Assembly (NCBI GenBank): GCA_016209985.1
Contig: JACQVB010000115.1
Location: 7,210-71,209 of the forward strand
Length of the DNA stretch: 64,000 bases
DNA from: Gemmatimonadota bacterium
Lineage (GTDB): Bacteria > Gemmatimonadota > Gemmatimonadetes > Gemmatimonadales > GWC2-71-9
Reading direction: 5' to 3'
Below, piece after piece: positions 26,867 to 35,880 of this stretch. The notes beneath the pieces are model-generated. The model was not told the DNA's origin and searched no databases. It was given only the letters and a program-made list of their open reading frames with translations. Numbering within the stretch: the first letter of the stretch is position 1; each line of letters begins with the position of its first letter. A program made the translations under genes and the position numbers.

Positions 26867-28255
26867 TCAGCTCACCTTACTCTTTGGCACGCCCTCCGGT
26901 CCGTTATCCCAATCCTGCGCCGACGAAACGTCGGGCATTCCCCACTGATGCCCGTTCCAGCCGTCGAAGCCGTCCATCCTGAATGCCCAGAAACCGGTGG
27001 TGCCGTCGCTCAGGACAATGAGACCGTCAGCGTTGCGCACATCAATGCCCCATGCGCCGTTGTGTGAGGTAGAGGGACCGCGGGATTCATGCGGTCCGTC
27101 GTAACTGTCAAAGAAACCGACCGTATATGGGCTAGCGGGGTCCATGAAGTTGAAAATCTGGAGACCATCCTCGTACGACGAGATGAACGCGTAAGGCCAG
27201 CGGACCTCGATGTTGTGCAGGGTATTGAGCCAATCTGCGGTCCAGGCCCCGACCGGGCGCGAGATGTTGATCTGCTGTCCCTGCCATGCCGGCTGCATGT
27301 CGAAGATGCGGATGGGCTGATGGTCGCCATTGGTGCGAATGATGGCGTAGCGGTTGTCGGGCGACGGAATGAAGGTGTGAGTCCCCGTCTGCCCGGCAAA
27401 CCCGACCACCGACGCGACGAGTCTGGGATTGGCGGGATCGGTCACGTCGTAGACGTAATTCCCGCCGGCCATGGTCACCTCGGGCCCGTTCCCCCAGAAC
27501 CGGTCTTGATGTGTCACCGGATCGTAGCCCACGTAGATGTCGTGATAGCCGCCCGGAGTGCCGCGCGGCTCGGGAAGAGGGACCCGCCCTAGCAGGCCGT
27601 TGTTCGCCGCACCCGCGAGAAACTTCTCCATGTCGTAAATGTCGGCGTACGGCTTGTTCGCCACACAGGCGAAGAACAGCACGGTCCCGTTGGAGTGCTG
27701 GTAGGCAAACGAGTTGTGAAAGCCTCCCGGTGCGTCGGGCAGGCGAAGCCGCCGAACCTCGCGAACCGACGCCGTATCCGGCAGCCCGGTCACGTCGAAT
27801 ACGATCGCCCCCAGGTCGGCGTCGGCTCCGCTCTTCTGATAGGCAACTCCGGCCGTGAGATAATAGCGCGATTTGAGCTTGAAATACTTGACGTCATCAG
27901 GACCCCATCCTTCGTGCAACTCGGGGTTCTCGATTCGCCACGAGTAAATGATCCGTGCCCGGGCTGGATCCTTGACGCTCACGACGTCCACGCCGCTCGG
28001 TTTCCACCGGACGCCCAGGTACACGTAGGGGCGTGACAGCTCCTGCTCGATGTCCAGGTTGGTGAGACGGGTGAACCCGCCGCCCGGGATATGCGACAGC
28101 ACCTTCAGATTGGGCGACCCCTGCTGCCCGGGTGCTCGGATGTGGGTCCGGCCGCTGAGATAGGCGGGGAAAGGGCCGGGGTTGCTGGGATCCTGGCCCG
28201 CAGCCGGCGAAGCGATCAGCGATCCAACAGCGAGGAAACAAAGTACCAGGCGCAT
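26867..28255 (-). CDS. LVIVD-like beta-propeller paralog P4
   Basis: 462-aa ORF with the signal MRLVLCFLAVGSLIASPAAGQ. It carries the family motifs and tail (...GFDGWNGHQWGMPDVSSAQDWDNGPEGVPKSKVS). Confidence 0.9.
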   Translation of the reverse strand: MRLVLCFLAVGSLIASPAAGQDPSNPGPFPAYLSGRTHIRAPGQQGSPNLKVLSHIPGGGFTRLTNLDIEQELSRPYVYLGVRWKPSGVDVVSVKDPARARIIYSWRIENPELHEGWGPDDVKYFKLKSRYYLTAGVAYQKSGADADLGAIVFDVTGLPDTASVREVRRLRLPDAPGGFHNSFAYQHSNGTVLFFACVANKPYADIYDMEKFLAGAANNGLLGRVPLPEPRGTPGGYHDIYVGYDPVTHQDRFWGNGPEVTMAGGNYVYDVTDPANPRLVASVVGFAGQTGTHTFIPSPDNRYAIIRTNGDHQPIRIFDMQPAWQGQQINISRPVGAWTADWLNTLHNIEVRWPYAFISSYEDGLQIFNFMDPASPYTVGFFDSYDGPHESRGPSTSHNGAWGIDVRNADGLIVLSDGTTGFWAFRMDGFDGWNGHQWGMPDVSSAQDWDNGPEGVPKSKVS

Positions 28256-28272
28256 CCGATCCTCCGCGAAAC

Positions 28273-28361
28273 GGCGTGAAGAGGGAAGAGTAAAGCACGC
28301 GTATGCTGTTCGGACTAGCTGGCCGAACCTAGGGACGAGGTCTCACGCTTCCCGCTTCCCC
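28273..28361 (-). promoter_or_regulatory. GA-box/CT-box inverted repeat in the P5-P4 spacer
   Basis: Plus-strand GGCGTGAAGAGGGAAGAG (28273-28290) and CTCACGCTTCCCGCTTCCCC (28342-28361). The 13-nt cores are complementary at 11 of 13 positions. In mRNA sense the CT arm ends 17 nt before the P4 ATG. Confidence 0.45.
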
Positions 28362-28370
28362 ATTGTTACC

Positions 28371-29705
28371 TCAGCTCACTTTCTTCTTCTGCAATCCGTC
28401 CGGTCCGTTATCCCAATCCTGCGCGCTGGAGTTGTTCGGCATGCCCCATTGGTGCCCGTTCCAGCCGTCAAACCCGTCCATCTTCAAGGCCCAGAACCCG
28501 GTGGTCATGTCGCTGATGACGATCAGCCCATCGGCGTTTCGCACGTCGACGCCGAATGCGCCGTTGTTGACGCCACCGACGCCCGAGGGATGGTTGATGT
28601 AGGCCAGCCGGTTCTGGTGCGGCCCGTCATAGGTGTCGTAGTAGCCCACCGTGTAGGGGTTGGTGGGGTCCATCATGTTGAAGACGGACAATCCATCCTC
28701 GTAATCGGAAACGAAGACGTAGGGCCAGCGCACCTCGTGGTTGTGCGGCAAGTTCTTCCAGTCGGTCATCCAGGCGCCGATGGGGCGGCTGATCGCTTTC
28801 ACGTCGCCATCGAGCCCGGGTTTCAGGTCGAAGATGCGGAGTGGGGAATACTGATACTCGAGTTCCGCCACCGCGTAGCGGCCATCGGGGGTGGGGGTGA
28901 AGGTGTGACCACTGGTGAGACCCGCGAAACCGGTGACTGAGGTTAGCAGTCGCGGCGCGTCCAGGTTGGTGATGTCGTAGACGTGATAGCCGCCGGTTCC
29001 GGCCCCGTAGAATCGATCCTGCTGCGACGCGGGATCGAATCCGACATAGAAATCATGGTAGCTCCCCCGAGCCGGATCGCTGGGATTGGGCACCCGGGCG
29101 ACCATGCCGAATCCGGAATCGCCGCTCACCGTCCTGCCGATGTCGTAGACCCGGGCTCCCGGGTTGCCACCGGTGGTGAACACCAGGGCGCGGGCGGTGG
29201 AATGCTTGTAGGCGAAGATCTCGTGGAACCCGCCGCGGGTGTCCGGCGTGCGAACCCGCGCCACCTCTCTCACTTTCGACGTGTCGGGCAATCCGGTCAC
29301 GTCGAAGACGCTCATGCCCAGGTCGCCGTCCACCCCAGTCGACGTGTACTGATAGGATTGCACGAAGTAGTACCGGCCACCGGTCTTGACGTAGGCGGGC
29401 GCCAGGGCTCCTGAGCCGGTGTGGAGCTCGGGATTCTCCATCCGCCAGGAGTACATCACGTACGCTTTGGAGGGGTCCCGGAGGCTGACGACGTCGAAAC
29501 CGCTGAACTGGTAGCGCCGGGTGACATAGGCGTACGGGCGCGAGAGCTCCTGTTCGATCTCGATGTCGGTGGTGCTGAAGTCGCCGCCGAGCGGGATATG
29601 GACCACCGCGCGGATATTGGTGCTGCCCTGCTTGCCGGGAGGGTGCTGGGCGAGAAGGGGGGGAACCGCCAGGCCGAGCGCAAGGGACGTGACCAGGATG
29701 CGCAT
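28371..29705 (-). CDS. LVIVD-like beta-propeller paralog P5
   Basis: ORF 28371..29759, with ATG 29705 (GGAG upstream). The signal is MRILVTSLALGLAVPPLLAQ. It carries the family motifs and tail. Confidence 0.85.
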   Translation of the reverse strand: MRILVTSLALGLAVPPLLAQHPPGKQGSTNIRAVVHIPLGGDFSTTDIEIEQELSRPYAYVTRRYQFSGFDVVSLRDPSKAYVMYSWRMENPELHTGSGALAPAYVKTGGRYYFVQSYQYTSTGVDGDLGMSVFDVTGLPDTSKVREVARVRTPDTRGGFHEIFAYKHSTARALVFTTGGNPGARVYDIGRTVSGDSGFGMVARVPNPSDPARGSYHDFYVGFDPASQQDRFYGAGTGGYHVYDITNLDAPRLLTSVTGFAGLTSGHTFTPTPDGRYAVAELEYQYSPLRIFDLKPGLDGDVKAISRPIGAWMTDWKNLPHNHEVRWPYVFVSDYEDGLSVFNMMDPTNPYTVGYYDTYDGPHQNRLAYINHPSGVGGVNNGAFGVDVRNADGLIVISDMTTGFWALKMDGFDGWNGHQWGMPNNSSAQDWDNGPDGLQKKKVS

Positions 29706-29723
29706 GGATGCTCCGGTTACGGG

Positions 29724-29753
29724 TTGACAGAAGATTGACCGCACCGAATATAT
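29724..29753 (+). promoter_or_regulatory. Candidate sigma70-like promoter for SusC copy 3 (TTGACA-N17/18-AATATAT)
   Basis: TTGACA at 29724-29729 is followed 17-18 nt later by an AT-only stretch aatatat, in the 109-bp divergent spacer between P5 and SusC copy 3. Confidence 0.3.
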
Positions 29754-29814
29754 GGGCAAGGTAAACCCTGCCGGGCAGTACCAGATCTACTCGTTTGCCG
29801 ACCAGGAGATGGAT

Positions 29815-32800
29815 ATGCGACAAAAACTCGTTTGGCTGTTCGCGGTGCTCTGGCTGGTCCCCATGCTTTCGGCGTCGGCCCAAACCCGCATCGTCACGGG
29901 ACGCGTAGCCGATTCCCTCACCGGTGAGCCGGTCACGTCCGGGCAAGTCGCGGTTCAGGGGACCACCGTAGCCACCACCATCAAGGACGACGGCACCTTC
30001 ACCCTCCCGGTGCCGGTACGGGACGTGACGCTTTCCATCCGGAGCATCGGTTTCAAGCGCAAAGACGTCGCGGTGCCGGTCAGCCTGGCCACGGTAGCCG
30101 TGTCCATGGAGCGGGACTACTTCCAGCTCGAGGCCATCGTGGTGACCGGCCAGGCCACCGGGGTGGAGAAGCGCAACCTGGCCAATGCGGTCTCGACAGT
30201 GAGCGCCGCCCAATTGGCGGCAGTCCCGGCGCAGAGCATCGAGCACGCGCTCACCGGCAAGATGGCGGGCGCCGACATCCAGCAGAACACCAACGCCCCG
30301 GGTGGCGGCACGCGGGTCAAGCTGCGGGGCATGACGACGCTGACGGGCGCCTACACGCCCCTGTATGTGGTGGACGGCGTGATTGTGAGCGACGCGTCCA
30401 TCTCCGGCGGCGTCAACATCGTGACCAAGGCCTCCACCGCGGGCGGCGTGATCGCCGTGAGCGCGGAGAACAACACCAACCGCATCGCCGATCTCAATCC
30501 CAACGACATCGAGAGTGTCGAGGTGATGAAAGGCGCGGCGGCGTCTGCCGTTTACGGCTCCAAAGCGTCCAACGGCGTGATCCTGATTACCACCAAGCGG
30601 GGCAGGGTGGGCGCCCCTCAGTTTTCACTCACCCAGCGCTTTGGCGTATCGCAGATTTCCCGGAAGATGGGCCTGCGGGATTTCTCCACTGATTCCGCCG
30701 GTGCGGTGGAAGCCAAAGGTCCGCTCGCCTCGAGCGTGTGGAAGGCGAACACGTTTTTCGATCATGAGGAGGAGCTGTACGGGCGCGAGCCGCTCTCCTA
30801 TGAGACCGACGCCAACGTCAGCGGCGGAACCGAGAACACCCGGTACTTCGCTTCCGGGCTGGTGAAGCATGACGGCGGCATCGTCAATCACACCTACTAC
30901 GACAAACAGTCGCTGCGGCTCAACCTGGATCAGACGGTCGGTTCCCGGGTGAGCTTCGGCGCCGGCGCCCAGGTGATCCACTCGGTGGCGGCGCGCGGGC
31001 TGTTCCACAACGACAACTCCGGCACCAGCTACGGCATGGTGCTGCCCCACACCCCCAGTTACGTGGACCTGCGGGCGGTCTGCCCCGACGGGAGCCGCCA
31101 GGTCGAATGCGAGGGCGGGGTATACCCGGCTAACCCGTTCGTGGCCAGTAATCCACTCCAGACCGCGGCCCTGCTGGACTATACGGAAGGCGTCTGGCGC
31201 AGCATCCTGTCGGGTAACGGGAGCGTCGATCTGGTGAAGACGCCCCAGCACAACCTCCGCTTCCTCACCAACGGCGGCGTGGATTTCTTCAACCAGAAGG
31301 ACTACCTGTATTCGCCGCCCGAGCTGCTGTATGAAGACGACGATGGGCTGCTCGGCACCGTCAGTACCACCAATGCCCAAAACGTGAACCTCAATCTGAA
31401 CACCAACCTGGTCCACGTATTGAAGCCGAGCAGCGGCAGCTTTTCCGCGACCACCTCAGCCGGCCTGCAAATGGAGTGGCGCGATCTGGACATCATCCGC
31501 AACGTGGCCCAGAACTTGTTGGGCGGGCTGGCGGAGGTGAACAGCGGATCCGTGGCCCTGCTCGACGAAGACCGGAGCTACGTCAAGGATCAGGGCCTGT
31601 TCGTGCAAGAGGAGGTGCTGACTCTGCGCGAGCGGCTGCTGGTTACCGGCGGGCTCCGTGCCGACCGCAGCAGCAACAATGCCGATGCCGAGAAGTGGCT
31701 CTTCTATCCCAAGGCGTCCGCCTCCTACCGGCTGGCCGTCGGCGGCGGGGCCCTGACCGAGCTCAAGCTGCGGGCCGCCTTCGGACAATCCGGCAATCAG
31801 CCGTTGTACGGCCAGAAGTTCACCGAGCTGGCCGGCGGCAACATTGCGGGCATCAACGCCTTCAGGGTGGGCGGGACCCGCGGGGCGGTGGACTTGCGTC
31901 CTGAGCGCCAGCGCGAGATTGAGGCGGGGTTCGACGCCACGTTGTTCAGCGGCCGGACGACTCTGGAAGTCACCGGCTTCGAAAAGAAGATCACCGACCT
32001 GCTGCTGCGCCGCAGTCTCCCCCCCTATAGCGGATTCACCATCGAAATCTTCAACGGGGGCGCCATGCGGACGCGCGGCATCGAGACGGCCCTGAACATC
32101 GCGGCGGTGCAGAAGCCAAATCTCCAGTGGAGCGCCCGCTTCACGTTCGCGAAGACGCGGGCCATCATCACCAGCCTGCCAGTGCCGGAGTACCGCACCG
32201 GCGGTACGCTGACTGGCTTCCATATCATCAAGGAAGGCTACTCGCCCACCGACGTGTTCGGATTCGACTCCACCGCCACCACGGCCGATCCGGTCTTTGC
32301 CGCGACCGGGCTGGTCAAGATCGGCGACAAGGAGCCGACCTTCACCATGGGTCTCTCCAACGACCTCAACGTGAAGCGGTTCCACTTGTATTTCCTGTGG
32401 GACTGGAAAAAGGGTGGGTCGGCCGGCAACGGCGCCCAGCGGCACTTCGACCTGTCACTCAATGCCGTAGGGTCCTGCAACGTGCGGGTTCCCAGCGGAT
32501 CGACCACGAAGTGCATTGGGACCGCGCGCATCGACCCACTGTACACGCGCAAGATGTCCAGCACGCTGGTCATGGATAACAGTTGGGTGAAACTCCGCGA
32601 GCTCACGCTGTCGTTCGACCTGCCACAGTCGCTGACTCGCAGCCTGTGGAGCGGGGCACGCTACATCCGGGCCAGCTTGAGCGGCCGCAATCTGCTCATG
32701 TTCACGCCCTGGCTGGGCTACGATCCCGAAGGCGTGGAGACCGGCTTCAATGCCTCTCCCACCCGCGAGCTGGGGCCCTATCCCCCGCAGCGCAGCCTTT

Positions 32801-32826
32801 GGTTCTCCCTCGACTTTGGATTCTGA
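29815..32826 (+). CDS. SusC/RagA-type TonB-dependent transporter, copy 3
   Basis: ORF 29752..32826, with ATG 29815 (AGGAG 6-7 nt upstream). The signal is MRQKLVWLFAVLWLVPMLSASA/QTRIVTGRVADSLTGE. It has CarboxypepD_reg-like and plug domains and a large barrel ending WFSLDFGF. Confidence 0.9.
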   Translation: MRQKLVWLFAVLWLVPMLSASAQTRIVTGRVADSLTGEPVTSGQVAVQGTTVATTIKDDGTFTLPVPVRDVTLSIRSIGFKRKDVAVPVSLATVAVSMERDYFQLEAIVVTGQATGVEKRNLANAVSTVSAAQLAAVPAQSIEHALTGKMAGADIQQNTNAPGGGTRVKLRGMTTLTGAYTPLYVVDGVIVSDASISGGVNIVTKASTAGGVIAVSAENNTNRIADLNPNDIESVEVMKGAAASAVYGSKASNGVILITTKRGRVGAPQFSLTQRFGVSQISRKMGLRDFSTDSAGAVEAKGPLASSVWKANTFFDHEEELYGREPLSYETDANVSGGTENTRYFASGLVKHDGGIVNHTYYDKQSLRLNLDQTVGSRVSFGAGAQVIHSVAARGLFHNDNSGTSYGMVLPHTPSYVDLRAVCPDGSRQVECEGGVYPANPFVASNPLQTAALLDYTEGVWRSILSGNGSVDLVKTPQHNLRFLTNGGVDFFNQKDYLYSPPELLYEDDDGLLGTVSTTNAQNVNLNLNTNLVHVLKPSSGSFSATTSAGLQMEWRDLDIIRNVAQNLLGGLAEVNSGSVALLDEDRSYVKDQGLFVQEEVLTLRERLLVTGGLRADRSSNNADAEKWLFYPKASASYRLAVGGGALTELKLRAAFGQSGNQPLYGQKFTELAGGNIAGINAFRVGGTRGAVDLRPERQREIEAGFDATLFSGRTTLEVTGFEKKITDLLLRRSLPPYSGFTIEIFNGGAMRTRGIETALNIAAVQKPNLQWSARFTFAKTRAIITSLPVPEYRTGGTLTGFHIIKEGYSPTDVFGFDSTATTADPVFAATGLVKIGDKEPTFTMGLSNDLNVKRFHLYFLWDWKKGGSAGNGAQRHFDLSLNAVGSCNVRVPSGSTTKCIGTARIDPLYTRKMSSTLVMDNSWVKLRELTLSFDLPQSLTRSLWSGARYIRASLSGRNLLMFTPWLGYDPEGVETGFNASPTRELGPYPPQRSLWFSLDFGF

Positions 32827-32828
32827 CC

Positions 32829-34310
32829 ATGCGCGCTCATATCTCGACTAACTGGACGCGGGTGGCGCGTGGCGCCGCCGGCGGGTGTGCGTTGGTGTTC
32901 CTGGGTGCCTGCATGGACCTCACCAACGTGCCAAACTATGACAACGAGAGCCTCGACGCTCTGACCAACGACCCGACCCCGGCGCGGGTGGCCACCGCAG
33001 CGCAGGGGATGATGGCAGGAATGCGCCAGAACCTGGTTGGAGGATTCAGCTATCTGTCGATGATGGCCTGGCGCGGACGGGACGGGTTCAACCTCGACCC
33101 GGCCACCCCGGGCCTGGTAACGGAAAACCTGGTCGGGCCCCTGGGGCCGGAATCCACGAACTATTGGGCGGAGGGTTATCGGGTCATCAAGTTGGGGAAC
33201 GTGATCCTGGCTGCGTTGGATAAGGTCACCGGCCTGACCGCGGCGGAAAAAGAGGCCACCAGGGGGTATGTGAAAACGATCCAGGCCCACGCCTTCCACC
33301 AGATCATTATCGTGCATGATCAGGCCGGTGCGGTCATCGACGTCGACGTGGACCCGAGTGCCGGAGCAGCCGCCGGCGTCGCCGGCCGAGACGCGGTCTA
33401 TACCAAAGTGACCGATCTGCTGGACCAGGCCAAAACTCACCTTCAGGCCGGCGGCAGCGCATTCCCGTTCAAGCTGAGCCCCGGATTTACCGGATTCTCC
33501 ACGCCTTCGACGTTCCTCAAGTTCAACCGCGCGTTGCGGGCACGGGTCGATGTGCATCGGGCTTCGCTGTTGACTCAGGCCGCGCGGTGGACCGAAGCGC
33601 TGAATGCGCTGACCGAGTCCTTCCTCGATACCACCCAGCCGCTCACGCTGGGTGTCTATCACTCGTTCAGCACCGGTTCGGGCGACATCAGCAACACGTC
33701 GTACGATCCCACCGGGCGCGCGCTGCTCGCGCATCCGAGTATCGAGGGAAAGTTCGACCGCACCACGCAGACGCTCACGACCCGAACCTATCAGCTGCGG
33801 GCCGACGGCAGCCCGGATCTCCGTTTTAGCAGCAAGATCGGCTTCCGGATCATCAACGGCGTCCGCACGCCGGTTTCGCAGTCCAACGTGTTCTCCGATC
33901 TGCTGATCAAGGTCTTCAGCAGCAACAACTCGGCGCTGCCGATCATTCGGAACGAGGATCTCATCCTGCTCCGTGCCGAAGCCCGGCTGGCGACCGGCGA
34001 TCGGGTGGGAGCGCTCGCCGACATCAACTTGATCCGAGTCAACTCGGGAGGGCTCACCGCTATCGCCGATCCCGGCGACCCCGGTTTGATGAACGAGCTG
34101 ATCTACAACCGGCGCTACTCGCTCTTCTACGAGGGATGGCGCTGGGTGGACATGCGGCGCTGGGGCCGGTTGAGCGAATTGGAGCAGGACCTGGCGTCGC
34201 ACCGGATCTTCCGGTGGTCGCCGCTCCCGCTGGCGGAATGCACCGCGCGGAGTCCGCAGCCGGGGGGCTGCGCGGCTGAAGCAGGGTTGACGGGCGTACC
34301 GCTGTTCTGA
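32829..34310 (+). CDS. SusD/RagB-family lipoprotein, copy 3
   Basis: ORF 32583..34310, with ATG 32829 (junction TGACCATG). The signal is ...GGCALVFLGAC. The C-terminus is IYNRRYSLFYEGWRWVDMRRWGRL. Confidence 0.85.
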   Translation: MRAHISTNWTRVARGAAGGCALVFLGACMDLTNVPNYDNESLDALTNDPTPARVATAAQGMMAGMRQNLVGGFSYLSMMAWRGRDGFNLDPATPGLVTENLVGPLGPESTNYWAEGYRVIKLGNVILAALDKVTGLTAAEKEATRGYVKTIQAHAFHQIIIVHDQAGAVIDVDVDPSAGAAAGVAGRDAVYTKVTDLLDQAKTHLQAGGSAFPFKLSPGFTGFSTPSTFLKFNRALRARVDVHRASLLTQAARWTEALNALTESFLDTTQPLTLGVYHSFSTGSGDISNTSYDPTGRALLAHPSIEGKFDRTTQTLTTRTYQLRADGSPDLRFSSKIGFRIINGVRTPVSQSNVFSDLLIKVFSSNNSALPIIRNEDLILLRAEARLATGDRVGALADINLIRVNSGGLTAIADPGDPGLMNELIYNRRYSLFYEGWRWVDMRRWGRLSELEQDLASHRIFRWSPLPLAECTARSPQPGGCAAEAGLTGVPLF

Positions 34311-34330
34311 CGGCCCGCTAGTTGGAAAGC

Positions 34331-34362
34331 AACGGCGGCCGGGAGTTCTTCCGGCCGCCGTT
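34331..34362. terminator. Bidirectional hairpin between SusD copy 3 and P6 (12-bp perfect stem)
   Basis: AACGGCGGCCGG gagttctt CCGGCCGCCGTT, lying between convergent stops at 34310 and 34390. Confidence 0.45.
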
Positions 34363-34389
34363 CGCGTTGATACTGTCCGGTTCTCTCGC

Positions 34390-35757
34390 TCAGGTCGTCT
34401 TCCCACCCTTGGGCGCTCCCTCCGGGCCGTTATCCCAGTCCTGGGCGGAGCTGATGTTGGGCATGCCCCAGTCATGGCCGTTCCAGCCGTCGAAGCCCTC
34501 CAGCCGGAAGGCCCAGAAACCGCTGTGCATGTCGGCCATCACAATGAGCCCGTCGGCGTTGCGCACGTCCACCCCGTAGCCTCCCCGCGCCTCGGTCCCT
34601 ACGCCGTAGGGAGTCCGGTAGATGAACGTATCATAGAAGCCGACCTGGACCGGATCGGTGGGATTCCGCAGGTCCAGCACGTGCAGGCCGTCCTCATACA
34701 TGGCGAGGAAGGCGTAGGGCCAGCGGACCTCGATCATGTGGCCGGACTTCTGGTAGTCGGGCGTCCATTCCGCGATTGGCTGGCGCACGACCTGTACCTG
34801 GCCCTCGAGTGCCGGCTTCAAGTCCCAGATCCGGACCGGCTGATGCCCCAGCGAGGTCATGAGGGTGAGCGCGTAGCGGCCATCGGGTGTCGCGACGAAC
34901 GTGTGCCCGCCCGATTGCATCGATGATTGGGCAATGACGGTCGCGAGCAATTTGGGTGCGCTCACGTTGGAAACGTCGTAGACGTAGTTCCCGCCGAGTG
35001 GCGTGGTCTCCGGGCCACCGCCGTAAAACACGTCGCGATGGTTTACGACGTCGTATGCCACATAGACATCGTGGTAACCGCGGGCGGCCCCGCGGGGCTC
35101 CGGCAGGGGAATTCCTCCGATCAGCCCGTGGTCCGCGGAGCCGGCGAGAAACTTCTCCATGTCGTAGACCAGGGCGCCGTGAGGATATCCGGCCGGTGTT
35201 TCCACGGTGAGAAACAGCAGGACTCGTCCATCCGAGTGCTTGTAGGTAAAGAGGTTGTGCGCACCGCCCTTGGCGTCCGGCACGTGTATCCGGCCGGCCT
35301 CCTTCACCCGGGTGGTATCGGGAAGGCTGGTGACATCCACCACCACCGCGGACAGATCCTGGTCGGGACCGCTGCCCCGGAATTGGAAGGCTTCGACATA
35401 GTAGTAGCGGCGATCGAGCTTGAAGTACTTACCGTTCACGCCGCGGCCCTGATGGAGCTCCGGGTTTTCGATGAACCAGGAATACAGCAAGCGCGCCCGG
35501 GTCGGCACGCGAAGATCGATGAAGTTGAACCCATCAGGCCGCCGGCCGCGCGACACGTAGGCGTAGGGCCGGGAAAGCTCCTGCTCGATTTCGATGTCGG
35601 CGATCTGGATCTCGGTGCCGTTGCGCGGGCCGGAGAGCGGGAGGTGCGACATCAAGGTGATGTTGGGGCTGCGGTTCTTTCCGGCGGGATACTGACCGAA
35701 GGCCGACCCTCCGAGCGGAAGCAGGATGACGACGCTCGCAAGAACAATCGGTCGCAT
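34390..35757 (-). CDS. LVIVD-like beta-propeller paralog P6
   Basis: 455-aa ORF with the signal MRPIVLASVVILLPLGGSAFGQ. It is the most divergent member but keeps IEIEQELSRPYAYV, RGYHDVYVAYD, WPYAFLAMYEDGLHVLDLRNPTDP and the tail ...GFDGWNGHDWGMPNISSAQDWDNGPEGAPKGGKTT. Confidence 0.9.
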   Translation of the reverse strand: MRPIVLASVVILLPLGGSAFGQYPAGKNRSPNITLMSHLPLSGPRNGTEIQIADIEIEQELSRPYAYVSRGRRPDGFNFIDLRVPTRARLLYSWFIENPELHQGRGVNGKYFKLDRRYYYVEAFQFRGSGPDQDLSAVVVDVTSLPDTTRVKEAGRIHVPDAKGGAHNLFTYKHSDGRVLLFLTVETPAGYPHGALVYDMEKFLAGSADHGLIGGIPLPEPRGAARGYHDVYVAYDVVNHRDVFYGGGPETTPLGGNYVYDVSNVSAPKLLATVIAQSSMQSGGHTFVATPDGRYALTLMTSLGHQPVRIWDLKPALEGQVQVVRQPIAEWTPDYQKSGHMIEVRWPYAFLAMYEDGLHVLDLRNPTDPVQVGFYDTFIYRTPYGVGTEARGGYGVDVRNADGLIVMADMHSGFWAFRLEGFDGWNGHDWGMPNISSAQDWDNGPEGAPKGGKTT

Positions 35758-35773
35758 GGATAATCTCCCGAAA

Positions 35774-35876
35774 GGCGTGAAGCGTAACTGCGAGTGAAGA
35801 GGGAGGAGTACTGCACCCCCAAACCGAGGCTGCGGGCGTCGTACTCTTCCCTCGTTTTTACTCTTCCCTCTTCCCT
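35774..35876 (-). promoter_or_regulatory. GA-box/CT-box inverted repeats in the P7-P6 spacer
   Basis: GGCGTGAAGCG (35774-35784) and GAGTGAAGAGGGAGGAGTAC (35792-35811) face GTACTCTTCCCTC (35841-35853) and TACTCTTCCCTCTTCCCT (35859-35876). GAGGGAGGAGTAC pairs with GTACTCTTCCCTC at 12 of 13 positions. Box 35774 lies 16 nt from the P6 ATG. Confidence 0.45.
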
Positions 35877-35880
35877 GTCG

